Of a stretch of 64,000 nt of DNA, positions 45,325 to 53,071 are shown piece after piece. Positions within the stretch are counted from its first letter, which is position 1; the number at the start of each line of letters is the position of its first letter. A program made the position numbers and the translations under genes. Origin of the DNA: a bacterium (lineage in GTDB: Bacteria > Patescibacteriota > Minisyncoccia > Sungbacterales > SURF-37); assembly GCA_030648055.1 (NCBI GenBank), contig JAUSHI010000007.1, forward strand, positions 49,621 to 113,620. Direction: 5' to 3'. The notes under the pieces were generated by a model that searched no databases, had not been told where the DNA came from, and worked only from the letters and a program-made list of their open reading frames with translations.

Positions 45325-45810
45325 TTAAGACATTTTTTGGATACTCGCCCCCAAGGCGGTAAAAGCAATCGCCATGGCATCTGTTACGTCATCTAGGGTC
45401 GGCAGTTCTTTTTCTTTTAGGAGAATTTTCATCATCTCCTTCACTTGTTTTTTGTTGGCTTTTCCGTAGCCGGTCACGGCTAATTTTACTTCATTTGGCG
45501 CGTATTCGCACACCTTAATCTTTTCCAGTTTAGCCGTCAAGAGGATAACTCCCCGGGCTTCAGCCACCCCAAGGGCTGTTTTTATGTTCTTAGAAAAAAA
45601 TATTTTTTCAAGGCTTATAAGGTCCGGCCTGTAAATATTCATGAGCTTTTTTAGGGCCGAATGTATTTCAAGAAGCCGCAACGAGGCATCTTTTGTTTCG
45701 GGGCGGATGGCTCCGGAGTCAATGAGTGAAGCCGAGCCGGTGCGCGCGTCTTTTTTAATAAGCGCATATCCGACGATCGCCGTTCCCGGGTCTATGCCTA
45801 AAATTATCAT
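45325..45810 (-). CDS. ruvC: Holliday junction resolvase RuvC
   Basis: MIILGIDPGTAIVGYA and the ..LDDVTDAMAIA acidic catalytic pattern. Confidence 0.9.
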   Translation of the reverse strand: MIILGIDPGTAIVGYALIKKDARTGSASLIDSGAIRPETKDASLRLLEIHSALKKLMNIYRPDLISLEKIFFSKNIKTALGVAEARGVILLTAKLEKIKVCEYAPNEVKLAVTGYGKANKKQVKEMMKILLKEKELPTLDDVTDAMAIAFTALGASIQKMS

Positions 45811-45836
45811 AAGCTATTGTAATTAGATATTTGGAT

Positions 45837-46562
45837 TTAGTTTTCCGCGTTGGTATATATTTCTTGTATATCTTCATCTTCATTAAGCGCGGTAATTAGT
45901 TTTTCAAGTAGTGCCTCATCTTTTTCGTTTAGTATTAGGGGGGTTTTGGGTAGATAGTCTATGCGCGCGTTTTCCGAAATTATATTTTTTTTATCAAGCG
46001 TTTCTTTGTATGATTCGGCTGATTGCGGCGCGATATAGGCCGTAACACCGCCCTCATAATCTTTTACATCTTTAGCGCCGGCGTCAATGAGAATAAGCAT
46101 TAAGTCGTCGCGCGGGATAGTATTTTTATTTTGCGGTATGTCCACGGCACCTAGTTTTTCAAATAACCACTCAACACTTCCTTTTCCGGCAAGCTTTCCT
46201 CCGTGTTCTGAAAGCGCGTGTTTGATCTCGTTAGTCGTTCTGTTGCTACTGTCGGTAATGCCATGAATCAGGAGAGCAGCTCCTCCGGGGCCGTATGCTT
46301 CATAAAATACCTCTTCAAGGCTTCCGGCTTCCATTGCGATTGAGCCGCGGACGATCGCTCGTTCTATATTGTCTTTGGGCATACCGATGCTCCTGGCTTT
46401 TTCTATGGCCATGCGCAGTTTTGGGTTCATGGTCGGGCCGCCACCCTTGTCTTTCGCGGCAACCATAATAAGGCGCACCATTTTTGAAAAGAGGGTGCCC
46501 TTTTTCGCGTCTGATGCCGCTTTTTTATGTTTTATTTGCGCCCACTTGCTATGTCCCGACAT
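45837..46562 (-). CDS. yebC: YebC/PmpR family transcriptional regulator
   Basis: MSGHSKWAQIKHKKAASDAKKG. Confidence 0.9.
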   Translation of the reverse strand: MSGHSKWAQIKHKKAASDAKKGTLFSKMVRLIMVAAKDKGGGPTMNPKLRMAIEKARSIGMPKDNIERAIVRGSIAMEAGSLEEVFYEAYGPGGAALLIHGITDSSNRTTNEIKHALSEHGGKLAGKGSVEWLFEKLGAVDIPQNKNTIPRDDLMLILIDAGAKDVKDYEGGVTAYIAPQSAESYKETLDKKNIISENARIDYLPKTPLILNEKDEALLEKLITALNEDEDIQEIYTNAEN

Positions 46563-46571
46563 GAAGATTAT

Positions 46572-47090
46572 TTAAGAACCATTGGAATTCATTTTAAGCC
46601 CCTGGGAATATCTTAGGATCAATTCCTTTGCTTCATAAAGATGCGGCGCGTCTTTAATAATAAATGTTGATTGTGACGCGGTTTGCACTTCCAGGTTTCC
46701 GAATTTCAGCATTGTTTGAACAAAGCCGTTGATTTTAATTGTGACGTCTTGCACTTTGTCCATTCCAAGTTCAGATACACTTCTGTTAAAAAGCCCTTTT
46801 TGTTGTATGTCTATGAGGCGTTTTGATGTAATTATCCAGACATCCAGATAATAATCAGCCCATAAAATGAAGCCGTAAAGCAGTATTCCAAGAACGTATA
46901 AACTGAAAATAAAATTAACAACCGGTTGAAGTTCCGGCTGTACGAATTTTTCGGCCGTAGCCCCCGCGAAACCGAAGACAAGCGAGGGCATAATAAGTAA
47001 AAAAAATAAAAAAGCGGTGGGCCTAGCTAGCGCGAACCAGTGCCTGCGCACGATCATAAGTACTCGTTCGTTTTCCGCAAGAGTTATCAT
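46572..47090 (-). CDS. Membrane protein with a bacterial PH (bPH_2/YdbT-like) domain
   Basis: Two N-terminal TM helices followed by YYLDVWIITSKRLIDIQQKGLFNRSVSEL... Confidence 0.55.
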   Translation of the reverse strand: MITLAENERVLMIVRRHWFALARPTAFLFFLLIMPSLVFGFAGATAEKFVQPELQPVVNFIFSLYVLGILLYGFILWADYYLDVWIITSKRLIDIQQKGLFNRSVSELGMDKVQDVTIKINGFVQTMLKFGNLEVQTASQSTFIIKDAPHLYEAKELILRYSQGLKMNSNGS

Positions 47091-47094
47091 GTTT

Positions 47095-47307
47095 TTAGTT
47101 CCCTAGCGCTTGCCAGGGGAAGTGCAAGAAGAAATAAGTAGCAAAGGCGAAAAATATCGCGGAGAGAAAGAAAAAAATCGGCACGACAAAACGCACCGCG
47201 GTCCAGCCGGCCATGGTGTAGTGATAAAGATGGTGAATTACCGCGGCCGTCAGAAATGCGTAGACCCCGGCAAAAGCCATGAAAACTCCGGCGGCGATTA
47301 AAAACAT
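47095..47307 (-). CDS. Small integral membrane protein
   Basis: 70 aa with two hydrophobic helices. Confidence 0.45.
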   Translation of the reverse strand: MFLIAAGVFMAFAGVYAFLTAAVIHHLYHYTMAGWTAVRFVVPIFFFLSAIFFAFATYFFLHFPWQALGN

Positions 47308-47325
47308 AGCAACGAGATTTAAATA

Positions 47326-48336
47326 TTAAATAAGATTGCCCTGTTGAGGCGGCGTTATTCCGAGATGGGAATAAGAAGATAGGGTAGCGCTTCGGCCTCG
47401 CGGGGTTCTTTCAATGAAGCCAAGCTGCATAAGGTATGGCTCATAAATTTCCTCAATGGTATCTTTTTCTTCGGACGCGGCCGCCGCGAGGGTTTGGATG
47501 CCTACGGGACCGCCGGCGAATTTTTTGATAATAGTTTCAAGGATTCTCCGGTCGGTCGGTTCAAGGCCGAGTTCGTCAATTTCAAGAAGTTTGAGCGCTG
47601 ACTGGGCATCGTTGACGGTAATGGCTCCATTGCCGTGAACTTCAGCATAGTCGCGCACGCGCTTAAGCAGGCGGTTGGCGACTCTCGGAGTAAAGCGCGA
47701 AGACCGGGCAATAATTTTTAAAGCATCCGTCTCGTTTTTTACGTTTAAGAGGGCCGAGCTTCGCTTCAAAATTTCTTGAATTTGTTTTTCATTGTAGAAA
47801 TCCAGCCGGAAAGTGACGCCGAAACGCGAACGGAGGGGTGAGGATAAAAGTCCAATTCTTGTTGTCGCGGCGATGAGCGTGAATGGCGGCAATTCAAGTT
47901 GAATAGTTCTCGCGGAGGGTCCTTTGCCGATTATGATATCAAGCATCCGCGTTTCCATCGCTGGGTAGAGGATTTCTTCAATTAGTTTATTCAATCGGTG
48001 TGCCTCATCAATGAAAAGAATATCGCCAGGCATCAGATTGGTAAGGATGGAAGCAAGGTCACCGCCTCGCTCTATGGCCGGTCCGGAAGTTACGCGGATG
48101 TTCGTGTTCATTTCGCGCGCGATCAGGTGCGCGAGCGTGGTTTTCCCCAGACCCGCTGGTCCGTATAAAAGCACATGTTCAATTGGTTCACCCCTTTTTT
48201 TTGCGGCACTTATTAAAATCCGCAGATTGTCTTTGGTGCGGTCTTGTCCTATATACTCGTCCCATTTTTGGGGGCGGAGGGCCGCATCAAGCGACGCATC
48301 TTCCTTTTCTTTTTTGGGGCTTACTACCTCTTCCAT
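47326..48336 (-). CDS. ruvB: Holliday junction branch migration helicase RuvB
   Basis: Walker [12 protein letters not shown], Walker [10 protein letters not shown], and a RuvB C-terminal winged helix. Confidence 0.95.
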   Translation of the reverse strand: MEEVVSPKKEKEDASLDAALRPQKWDEYIGQDRTKDNLRILISAAKKRGEPIEHVLLYGPAGLGKTTLAHLIAREMNTNIRVTSGPAIERGGDLASILTNLMPGDILFIDEAHRLNKLIEEILYPAMETRMLDIIIGKGPSARTIQLELPPFTLIAATTRIGLLSSPLRSRFGVTFRLDFYNEKQIQEILKRSSALLNVKNETDALKIIARSSRFTPRVANRLLKRVRDYAEVHGNGAITVNDAQSALKLLEIDELGLEPTDRRILETIIKKFAGGPVGIQTLAAAASEEKDTIEEIYEPYLMQLGFIERTPRGRSATLSSYSHLGITPPQQGNLI

Positions 48337-48538
48337 GGCGGTAACTTTAGCATGTATTGCTATTGTTTTGCCTATTGACTTATTATTATTATTTTGGTAT
48401 AATTACTTTACATAAAATGGCATAAAAGAGGAGGGGGGTTTCTCTTCTTTTTATTTTGCTGTTTTTTGATATTGGGCCGAAACATTGTTTTGTGGGTGCC
48501 AGCCATAACCCCGCAAATAGGCTTAAAACATTTTTTGT

Positions 48539-48779
48539 CCGTTCATCTCTGGGCAATTAAGGTTCTCGAAGGGCCTTAATGGGGATTTCTTTTTGTCAGG
48601 TTATTCTGGGCCCCGCCCTCTATGCTGTTTATTATCAGTATTGCTTATTATGGCATGAACTTCTGTTCCGGCTGTTTCGGCAATTTATAGACGGCTTAGA
48701 GGGCGGGGTACTGGGGTATACCACGAGGAAATTCTGACCTCCGCGTTCCTAAACCGGAGTATTGCCCAGAGATGAGCGG
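48539..48779. repeat. Outer long-range inverted repeat enclosing element J1
   Basis: CCGTTCATCTCTGGGCAAT (48539-48557) matches the reverse complement of ATTGCCCAGAGATGAGCGG (48761-48779) at 18 of 19 positions. Confidence 0.7.
48611..48708 (+). repeat. Hairpin element family J, copy J1
   Basis: Ends CCCCGCCCTCTATGCTGTTT ... CGGCTTAGAGGGCGGGG are identical to those of J2; the interior is unrelated. Confidence 0.8.
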
Positions 48780-48843
48780 CCGGAATTGTGCCATAGAGCA
48801 CGCAGCACGAAACACTTATGTTGTTTGCTTCATTTTTTATGCC

Positions 48844-50532
48844 TCATGCTTCAGGTGATGTTTCCTCCGCGCCGGCTCCGACTACGCGCTTTACTTCATC
48901 TATACTTGTAATACCCGCAATCACTTTCAAAATGCCGTCTTGGCGCATAGTGATTTGGCCTTGATCAAATGCGCCTCTTTTTAATGCCGATTCCACGGGG
49001 CTTTCAAAAATTATGTGTTCAATTTTGTCGTCCAGAAGTATTATTTCATATACACTTATTCTGCCTTTGTACCCGGTGAAGTTGCATTTTTGGCACCCCC
49101 CAGTTTTATAGAGCGTCAGTTTGGAAATATCCGGTTTTTTTATTTTTGGAGGTAACGTGGCAAGCTCGGCCGCAAGTTGTTTTTTTTCTTCCACTGAGGC
49201 CGGATAAGATTTACGGCAAGTTTCGCAAAGCCGGCGCACAAGGCGCTGGGCCATGGCGACATTGATGGCTGGCGCGATTATGGCTGGCTTAACGCCTATG
49301 TCCAAGAGCCGCGGAATTGTGCCCGCGGCGTTATTAGTGTGAAGCGTTGAAAAAACTAAATGCCCGGTGAGTGCGGCATGCATTGCCGTTTCGGCAGTTT
49401 CAAGGTCCCGGATTTCGCCGACGAGTATAACGTCAGGGTCTTGGCGCAGGATAGAGCGGAGACCTGACGCGAAATCATATCCGCTTTTTGGCTCAATTTG
49501 GGTCTGCTCTACTCCTTTCAGATGGTATTCAATCGGATCTTCCAGGGTGATTATTTTAATGCCCGGCTCGTGAACTTTTTTTAAGAAGGCATAAAGCGTC
49601 GTGGTTTTTCCGGAGCCGGTAGGACCAGTGGTAAGAATCATTCCGTTGGGTTTTTTGAGCTCCTTCTCCATTATTTCGCGAATCCAGGGTTGCATGCCGA
49701 GATTTTCAAATTCCAGAGCGATTGTCTTCGGGTTCAAGATTCTCATGACTATATTTTCACCATATGGGCCAGGCAAAGTTGAGGTTCTGACTTCAAGCTC
49801 TTCCGTTTCGCCAGCTTTTATGGTGAAGCGGCCATCTTGGCCTTTTGTGGTGATGTTAAGTTTCAGCCCCGATATAAGTTTTACGCGGGAGAGCATGAAT
49901 TTGTAAGTTGGGTGGGTAATTTCAGAAACGTCGGAAAGCACGCCGTCTAGGCGGTATCTAATGCGCACCGCTTCGGCTTGCGGTTCAAGATGAATATCTG
50001 AAGCGTCGGTTTTGAGAGCGCCAGCGATGATTACTTCAAGAATTTCGGTGATGCGTTTGTGTGCTACTTCCTGTAAAATAGTTTCAATGTCCTTTGTGGT
50101 TGATACGCGCCCTTGGAATGCTCTAAGGCTTGCCGCGGAGACCTCAATTTGGCCGGTTATGGCTCCTCCAGCTTCAGCGATTTGCTTATAAAATTCCCAT
50201 GCTTTTTTTAAGCTGGTTTTGGAGACAAGATATAAAGAATAAGTAAATCGGTCTTCTTCCAGTTTTTTTAGCATCGCTTGCGTTTCAGGTTTTGTTGGGT
50301 TTCTGACCGCGATATCCAGATGCTTGCCAGTCTTTTGGAATGCCGCGAGTTCGGCGTTCTGGGCTTCGTTTTCAAGGACGACTTTCAGGGCGTCAATATT
50401 AACCGGCGTTATTGCCAGGTTAAGGTAAGGAATTTTGTATTTCTCGGAGAGAATTTTAACAGTATCCTCCTCTTCTTCCCGCAGGAGGCGGCTTATTTCT
50501 TTTTTTTGTTTTTCTTCTTCAAATATCGCCAC
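48844..50532 (-). CDS. GspE/PilB-family secretion/pilus assembly ATPase
   Basis: Walker A GPTGSGKTT, ILVGEIRD, a His box, and a tetracysteine CETC..CQKC. Confidence 0.85.
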   Translation of the reverse strand: MAIFEEEKQKKEISRLLREEEEDTVKILSEKYKIPYLNLAITPVNIDALKVVLENEAQNAELAAFQKTGKHLDIAVRNPTKPETQAMLKKLEEDRFTYSLYLVSKTSLKKAWEFYKQIAEAGGAITGQIEVSAASLRAFQGRVSTTKDIETILQEVAHKRITEILEVIIAGALKTDASDIHLEPQAEAVRIRYRLDGVLSDVSEITHPTYKFMLSRVKLISGLKLNITTKGQDGRFTIKAGETEELEVRTSTLPGPYGENIVMRILNPKTIALEFENLGMQPWIREIMEKELKKPNGMILTTGPTGSGKTTTLYAFLKKVHEPGIKIITLEDPIEYHLKGVEQTQIEPKSGYDFASGLRSILRQDPDVILVGEIRDLETAETAMHAALTGHLVFSTLHTNNAAGTIPRLLDIGVKPAIIAPAINVAMAQRLVRRLCETCRKSYPASVEEKKQLAAELATLPPKIKKPDISKLTLYKTGGCQKCNFTGYKGRISVYEIILLDDKIEHIIFESPVESALKRGAFDQGQITMRQDGILKVIAGITSIDEVKRVVGAGAEETSPEA

Positions 50533-50601
50533 ACTTATATTCTAACTCAGCATTTTAATATAGGCGAGGCCTTTTTTATTAATGTGTCGGCAGAGACCTA
50601 A

Positions 50602-51723
50602 TTAGCGGCCAAGCAGGGCAGTGATTGCTATTTCAGCCTCAGGGAATGATTTAAATTGCGTTTTTAAAATTTGGCAGTTTTCTCTTGATTCAAAAGGCGC
50701 GAGCTTTTCCGCGTTTATTGGATTTTTTCCTGATGTCCTTAAAATTGCCTGTATCATGCCGTCTTCAATTTTTTGCCAGAGAAGGACGAGCGTTTCCGGC
50801 AGAGAAAAGTGTTCTTCAATATGGTCTATTACAAAGGGAATTGCTTCTTCGGGCGCGGTTTTGGTTTTGGCAAAATCGTCCTTAGTCAGCACGGACCATA
50901 AAATTCCTCTTTCTTGGTCCAGTCGCGAGCGCACCGAAGCGCGGCCCCAAATTTGGAGTAGGGGCAAGGGCTTAGTTTTCCATAAAATCCTCACGATATC
51001 ATCTTTTTTTGCCCCCCTTTGTACGAGCGAAGAGGCCGTTCTAAGAGTTGATGGTTTAGTGTGGCTGTTTTGGAAATTTTTTGTTTTATTTATCATACCG
51101 AATAGCAACGCGGTTGCCGTGTTTTCGTCCACAAGGGCGGGTGCGAGCGAAAGCAGAAGATCGGCAGTTATTTCAGATACGGAACTTTGTGTCATATCAG
51201 TTAAACTGATTTCCGCGTAAGGACCGTGGTTGGGGCTGGGGTCAATGGCGATTGTCTGGTTTTCATAAAACATTTCGGGAGATTCTTCAAAAGCTCGCCC
51301 CAAGTCTTCTAGGTTGTGGACCCCAAGCGTGATTATGGCGTCAAATTTTGATTTGCCCCGCCGAAAAGAGATGTCTTCTTTTTTTATTGGGTGCTCTTTC
51401 GGAGTCAAAATTATATTAAGTGCGCCTCCTTCATGTTCATAGCGTAGTTCTTTTACCGGAGAATTTTGATTATTAATGGCAATTATAAATTCGCATGGCG
51501 CGTTATCGCTGGAATTATTAAATGATTCTTTTGGCAGTACTTCGTATAAGTTTTTAGGGAATTCTCCCGAGAAAATTATTCCGGTTTCCTTTTTAAGTTT
51601 TGCAAGAACGCGCGAGAGTGCGAAAAAAGAAGCGCTTTCGTCAACGCCGGGTTTTTCCGGAAGAGCGATGCCGATAGAATGGCTTTTTTGTATTAGGTTT
51701 ATGGCTTGGTCTTGGGGTGACAT
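50602..51723 (-). CDS. DHH/DHHA1-like (NrnA-like) protein with degenerate catalytic motifs
   Basis: NrnA-like length and layout. DGD is replaced by GVDES, DHH by DPSPNH, and no GGGH is seen. Confidence 0.45.
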   Translation of the reverse strand: MSPQDQAINLIQKSHSIGIALPEKPGVDESASFFALSRVLAKLKKETGIIFSGEFPKNLYEVLPKESFNNSSDNAPCEFIIAINNQNSPVKELRYEHEGGALNIILTPKEHPIKKEDISFRRGKSKFDAIITLGVHNLEDLGRAFEESPEMFYENQTIAIDPSPNHGPYAEISLTDMTQSSVSEITADLLLSLAPALVDENTATALLFGMINKTKNFQNSHTKPSTLRTASSLVQRGAKKDDIVRILWKTKPLPLLQIWGRASVRSRLDQERGILWSVLTKDDFAKTKTAPEEAIPFVIDHIEEHFSLPETLVLLWQKIEDGMIQAILRTSGKNPINAEKLAPFESRENCQILKTQFKSFPEAEIAITALLGR

Positions 51724-51768
51724 GCGAATTTTGTCTATGAGTGTAGCGAATAGTTATAAAATTCAGCA

Positions 51769-51869
51769 CCCCGCCCTCTATGCTGTTTGACCACAGACAA
51801 TAAATAAATTTATTAAGAAAAGGGTGTATAAAAAGAGGCTAATGAATATTTGCGGCTTAGAGGGCGGGG
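51769..51869 (+). repeat. Hairpin element family J, copy J2
   Basis: CCCCGCCCTCTATGCTGTTT (51769-51788) ... CGGCTTAGAGGGCGGGG (to 51869). Confidence 0.8.
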
Positions 51870-51870
51870 T

Positions 51871-51930
51871 AAAGGTTTGCTGGTCAAATTTTGTTCGTCC
51901 TGCGGACTCCAAAATTTGGAGTAAGCCTTT
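51871..51930. repeat. Mini hairpin K (family-B-like ends)
   Basis: CAAATTTTG (51885-51893) pairs with CAAAATTTG (51910-51918) around GTCC-TGC-GGAC. Outer pairing AAAGGTTT/AAGCCTTT. Confidence 0.55.
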
Positions 51931-51981
51931 AATTCGTAGCGCATTTCACTCCAGGGGTCAATTATGGGGCTTAATTTGCCC

Positions 51982-52010
51982 TTGACAAATTCTTTGTAAT
52001 TTGCTATACT
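51982..52010 (+). promoter_or_regulatory. Near-consensus sigma70 promoter
   Basis: TTGACA (51982-51987), 17-nt spacer, TATACT (52005-52010). Confidence 0.7.
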
Positions 52011-52069
52011 TGAGCCAAGAAAGTCAGTTCCTTTCCTTGAGAAAAACAGGCCTTAGGAGGGCCTAAATC

Positions 52070-52501
52070 ATGAAGAAGATGCTCGCATTCGCGCTCATCA
52101 TCGCGTTCGTGTCGCTCGTTTTCGCTCCGCTACCGGCCTTCGCTGGTGGCGGCCGTAACCACTACGGTCACGGTGGCAACCACGGCGGGTATCGCGGCCA
52201 TAGCGGCATCTCGACTGGCGCTGCCGTCGGTATCGGTCTCGCGCTCGTGCTCGGCGTTCTGGTCGGGCGGTCGCAGCAGGCCACGGTGGTCTATGGTCCG
52301 CAGTACCCGCAGCCGCCCGTCGTGGTATACCCCGGTTATCCGCAACCGGCGCCCGTCGTGGTTGTTCCGGAAGGGACGAACTGCAGGCCGTCGTATGACA
52401 ATATTTACGACGACCCCTTCAATCCGGGTCTCGCCCGGATGGTTGCCAACCCCTACCGGCTGATCTGCTCCAACGGGCAGGTCGTCGTGATCCCCAGGTA
52501 G
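52070..52501 (+). CDS. Small GC-rich secreted/membrane protein (Gly/His-rich, then TM, then Pro/Val-rich)
   Basis: AGGAGG upstream of the ATG. Signal peptide MKKMLAFALIIAFVSLVFAPLPAFA, then GGGRNHYGHGGNHGGYRGHSG, then YPQPPVVVYPGYPQPAPVVVV. G+C is 42/60 and 40/60 in the lines starting at 52141 and 52201. Confidence 0.55.
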   Translation: MKKMLAFALIIAFVSLVFAPLPAFAGGGRNHYGHGGNHGGYRGHSGISTGAAVGIGLALVLGVLVGRSQQATVVYGPQYPQPPVVVYPGYPQPAPVVVVPEGTNCRPSYDNIYDDPFNPGLARMVANPYRLICSNGQVVVIPR

Positions 52502-52510
52502 AAGCTTCAA

Positions 52511-52570
52511 GACCCCGATTCGTTCTTCGCCAGAAAGTTGGCGGAGGCGAGTCGGGGCCGTTTTATTTTA
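52511..52570 (+). terminator. Long compound terminator hairpin
   Basis: GACCCCGA..TCGGGGCC outer stem, CGCCA-GAAAGT-TGGCG inner stem, followed by a T-rich run. Confidence 0.65.
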
Positions 52571-52594
52571 AATTTTTTCTTTGCTACGCTTGAA

Positions 52595-53071
52595 ATGATG
52601 AGCAAAAGGATTATTACTAAAAATTCCGAGGAAACTAAAAAAATTTCCGGCATAATTTTAAAAAAACTTCTTTCCCAAAAAGAACTTAAGCGGGCCGGTA
52701 TCGTTGCTCTATCCGGCGAATTGGGCTCGGGTAAAACAACTCTTGTTCAGGGCCTTGCCCGGCTTATGGGAGTAAAAGAAAAAATCCACAGTCCGACTTT
52801 TGTGTTCATGAAAATTTATAAAGTTTTCCCTAAAAAAAAATTACTTTGGAAAAATTTAGTGCATATTGACGCCTATCGTTTTAGAGGCGCTAAGGAAGCA
52901 GAAATACTTGGCGTAAAAGAAATTTTTAAAAATCGGCAAAATCTTGTAGTTATTGAGTGGCCGGAAAAACTGGGCCGGCTTATTCCAAAAAACGCGCTTT
53001 GGATTGAGTTTCTGCATCGCGGGGAAAATCACCGTCATATATTTGTTCGTGATATTTATGGCAAAAAGTAA
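52595..53071 (+). CDS. tsaE: tRNA threonylcarbamoyladenosine biosynthesis protein TsaE
   Basis: Start chosen at ATG 52595. P-loop GELGSGKTT and ..SPTF...Y motifs. Confidence 0.8.
   Translation: MMSKRIITKNSEETKKISGIILKKLLSQKELKRAGIVALSGELGSGKTTLVQGLARLMGVKEKIHSPTFVFMKIYKVFPKKKLLWKNLVHIDAYRFRGAKEAEILGVKEIFKNRQNLVVIEWPEKLGRLIPKNALWIEFLHRGENHRHIFVRDIYGKK

Noticed and set aside
52130-52510. A 126-aa minus-strand ORF and a 105-aa plus-strand ORF overlapping the 52070-52501 gene; likewise 27335-27724 and 27233-27529 around the 27273 gene.
   Set aside because: These are multiple open frames caused by local high G+C. Only the chosen frames have a consensus promoter, an SD, a signal or TM organisation, and a terminator right after the stop.
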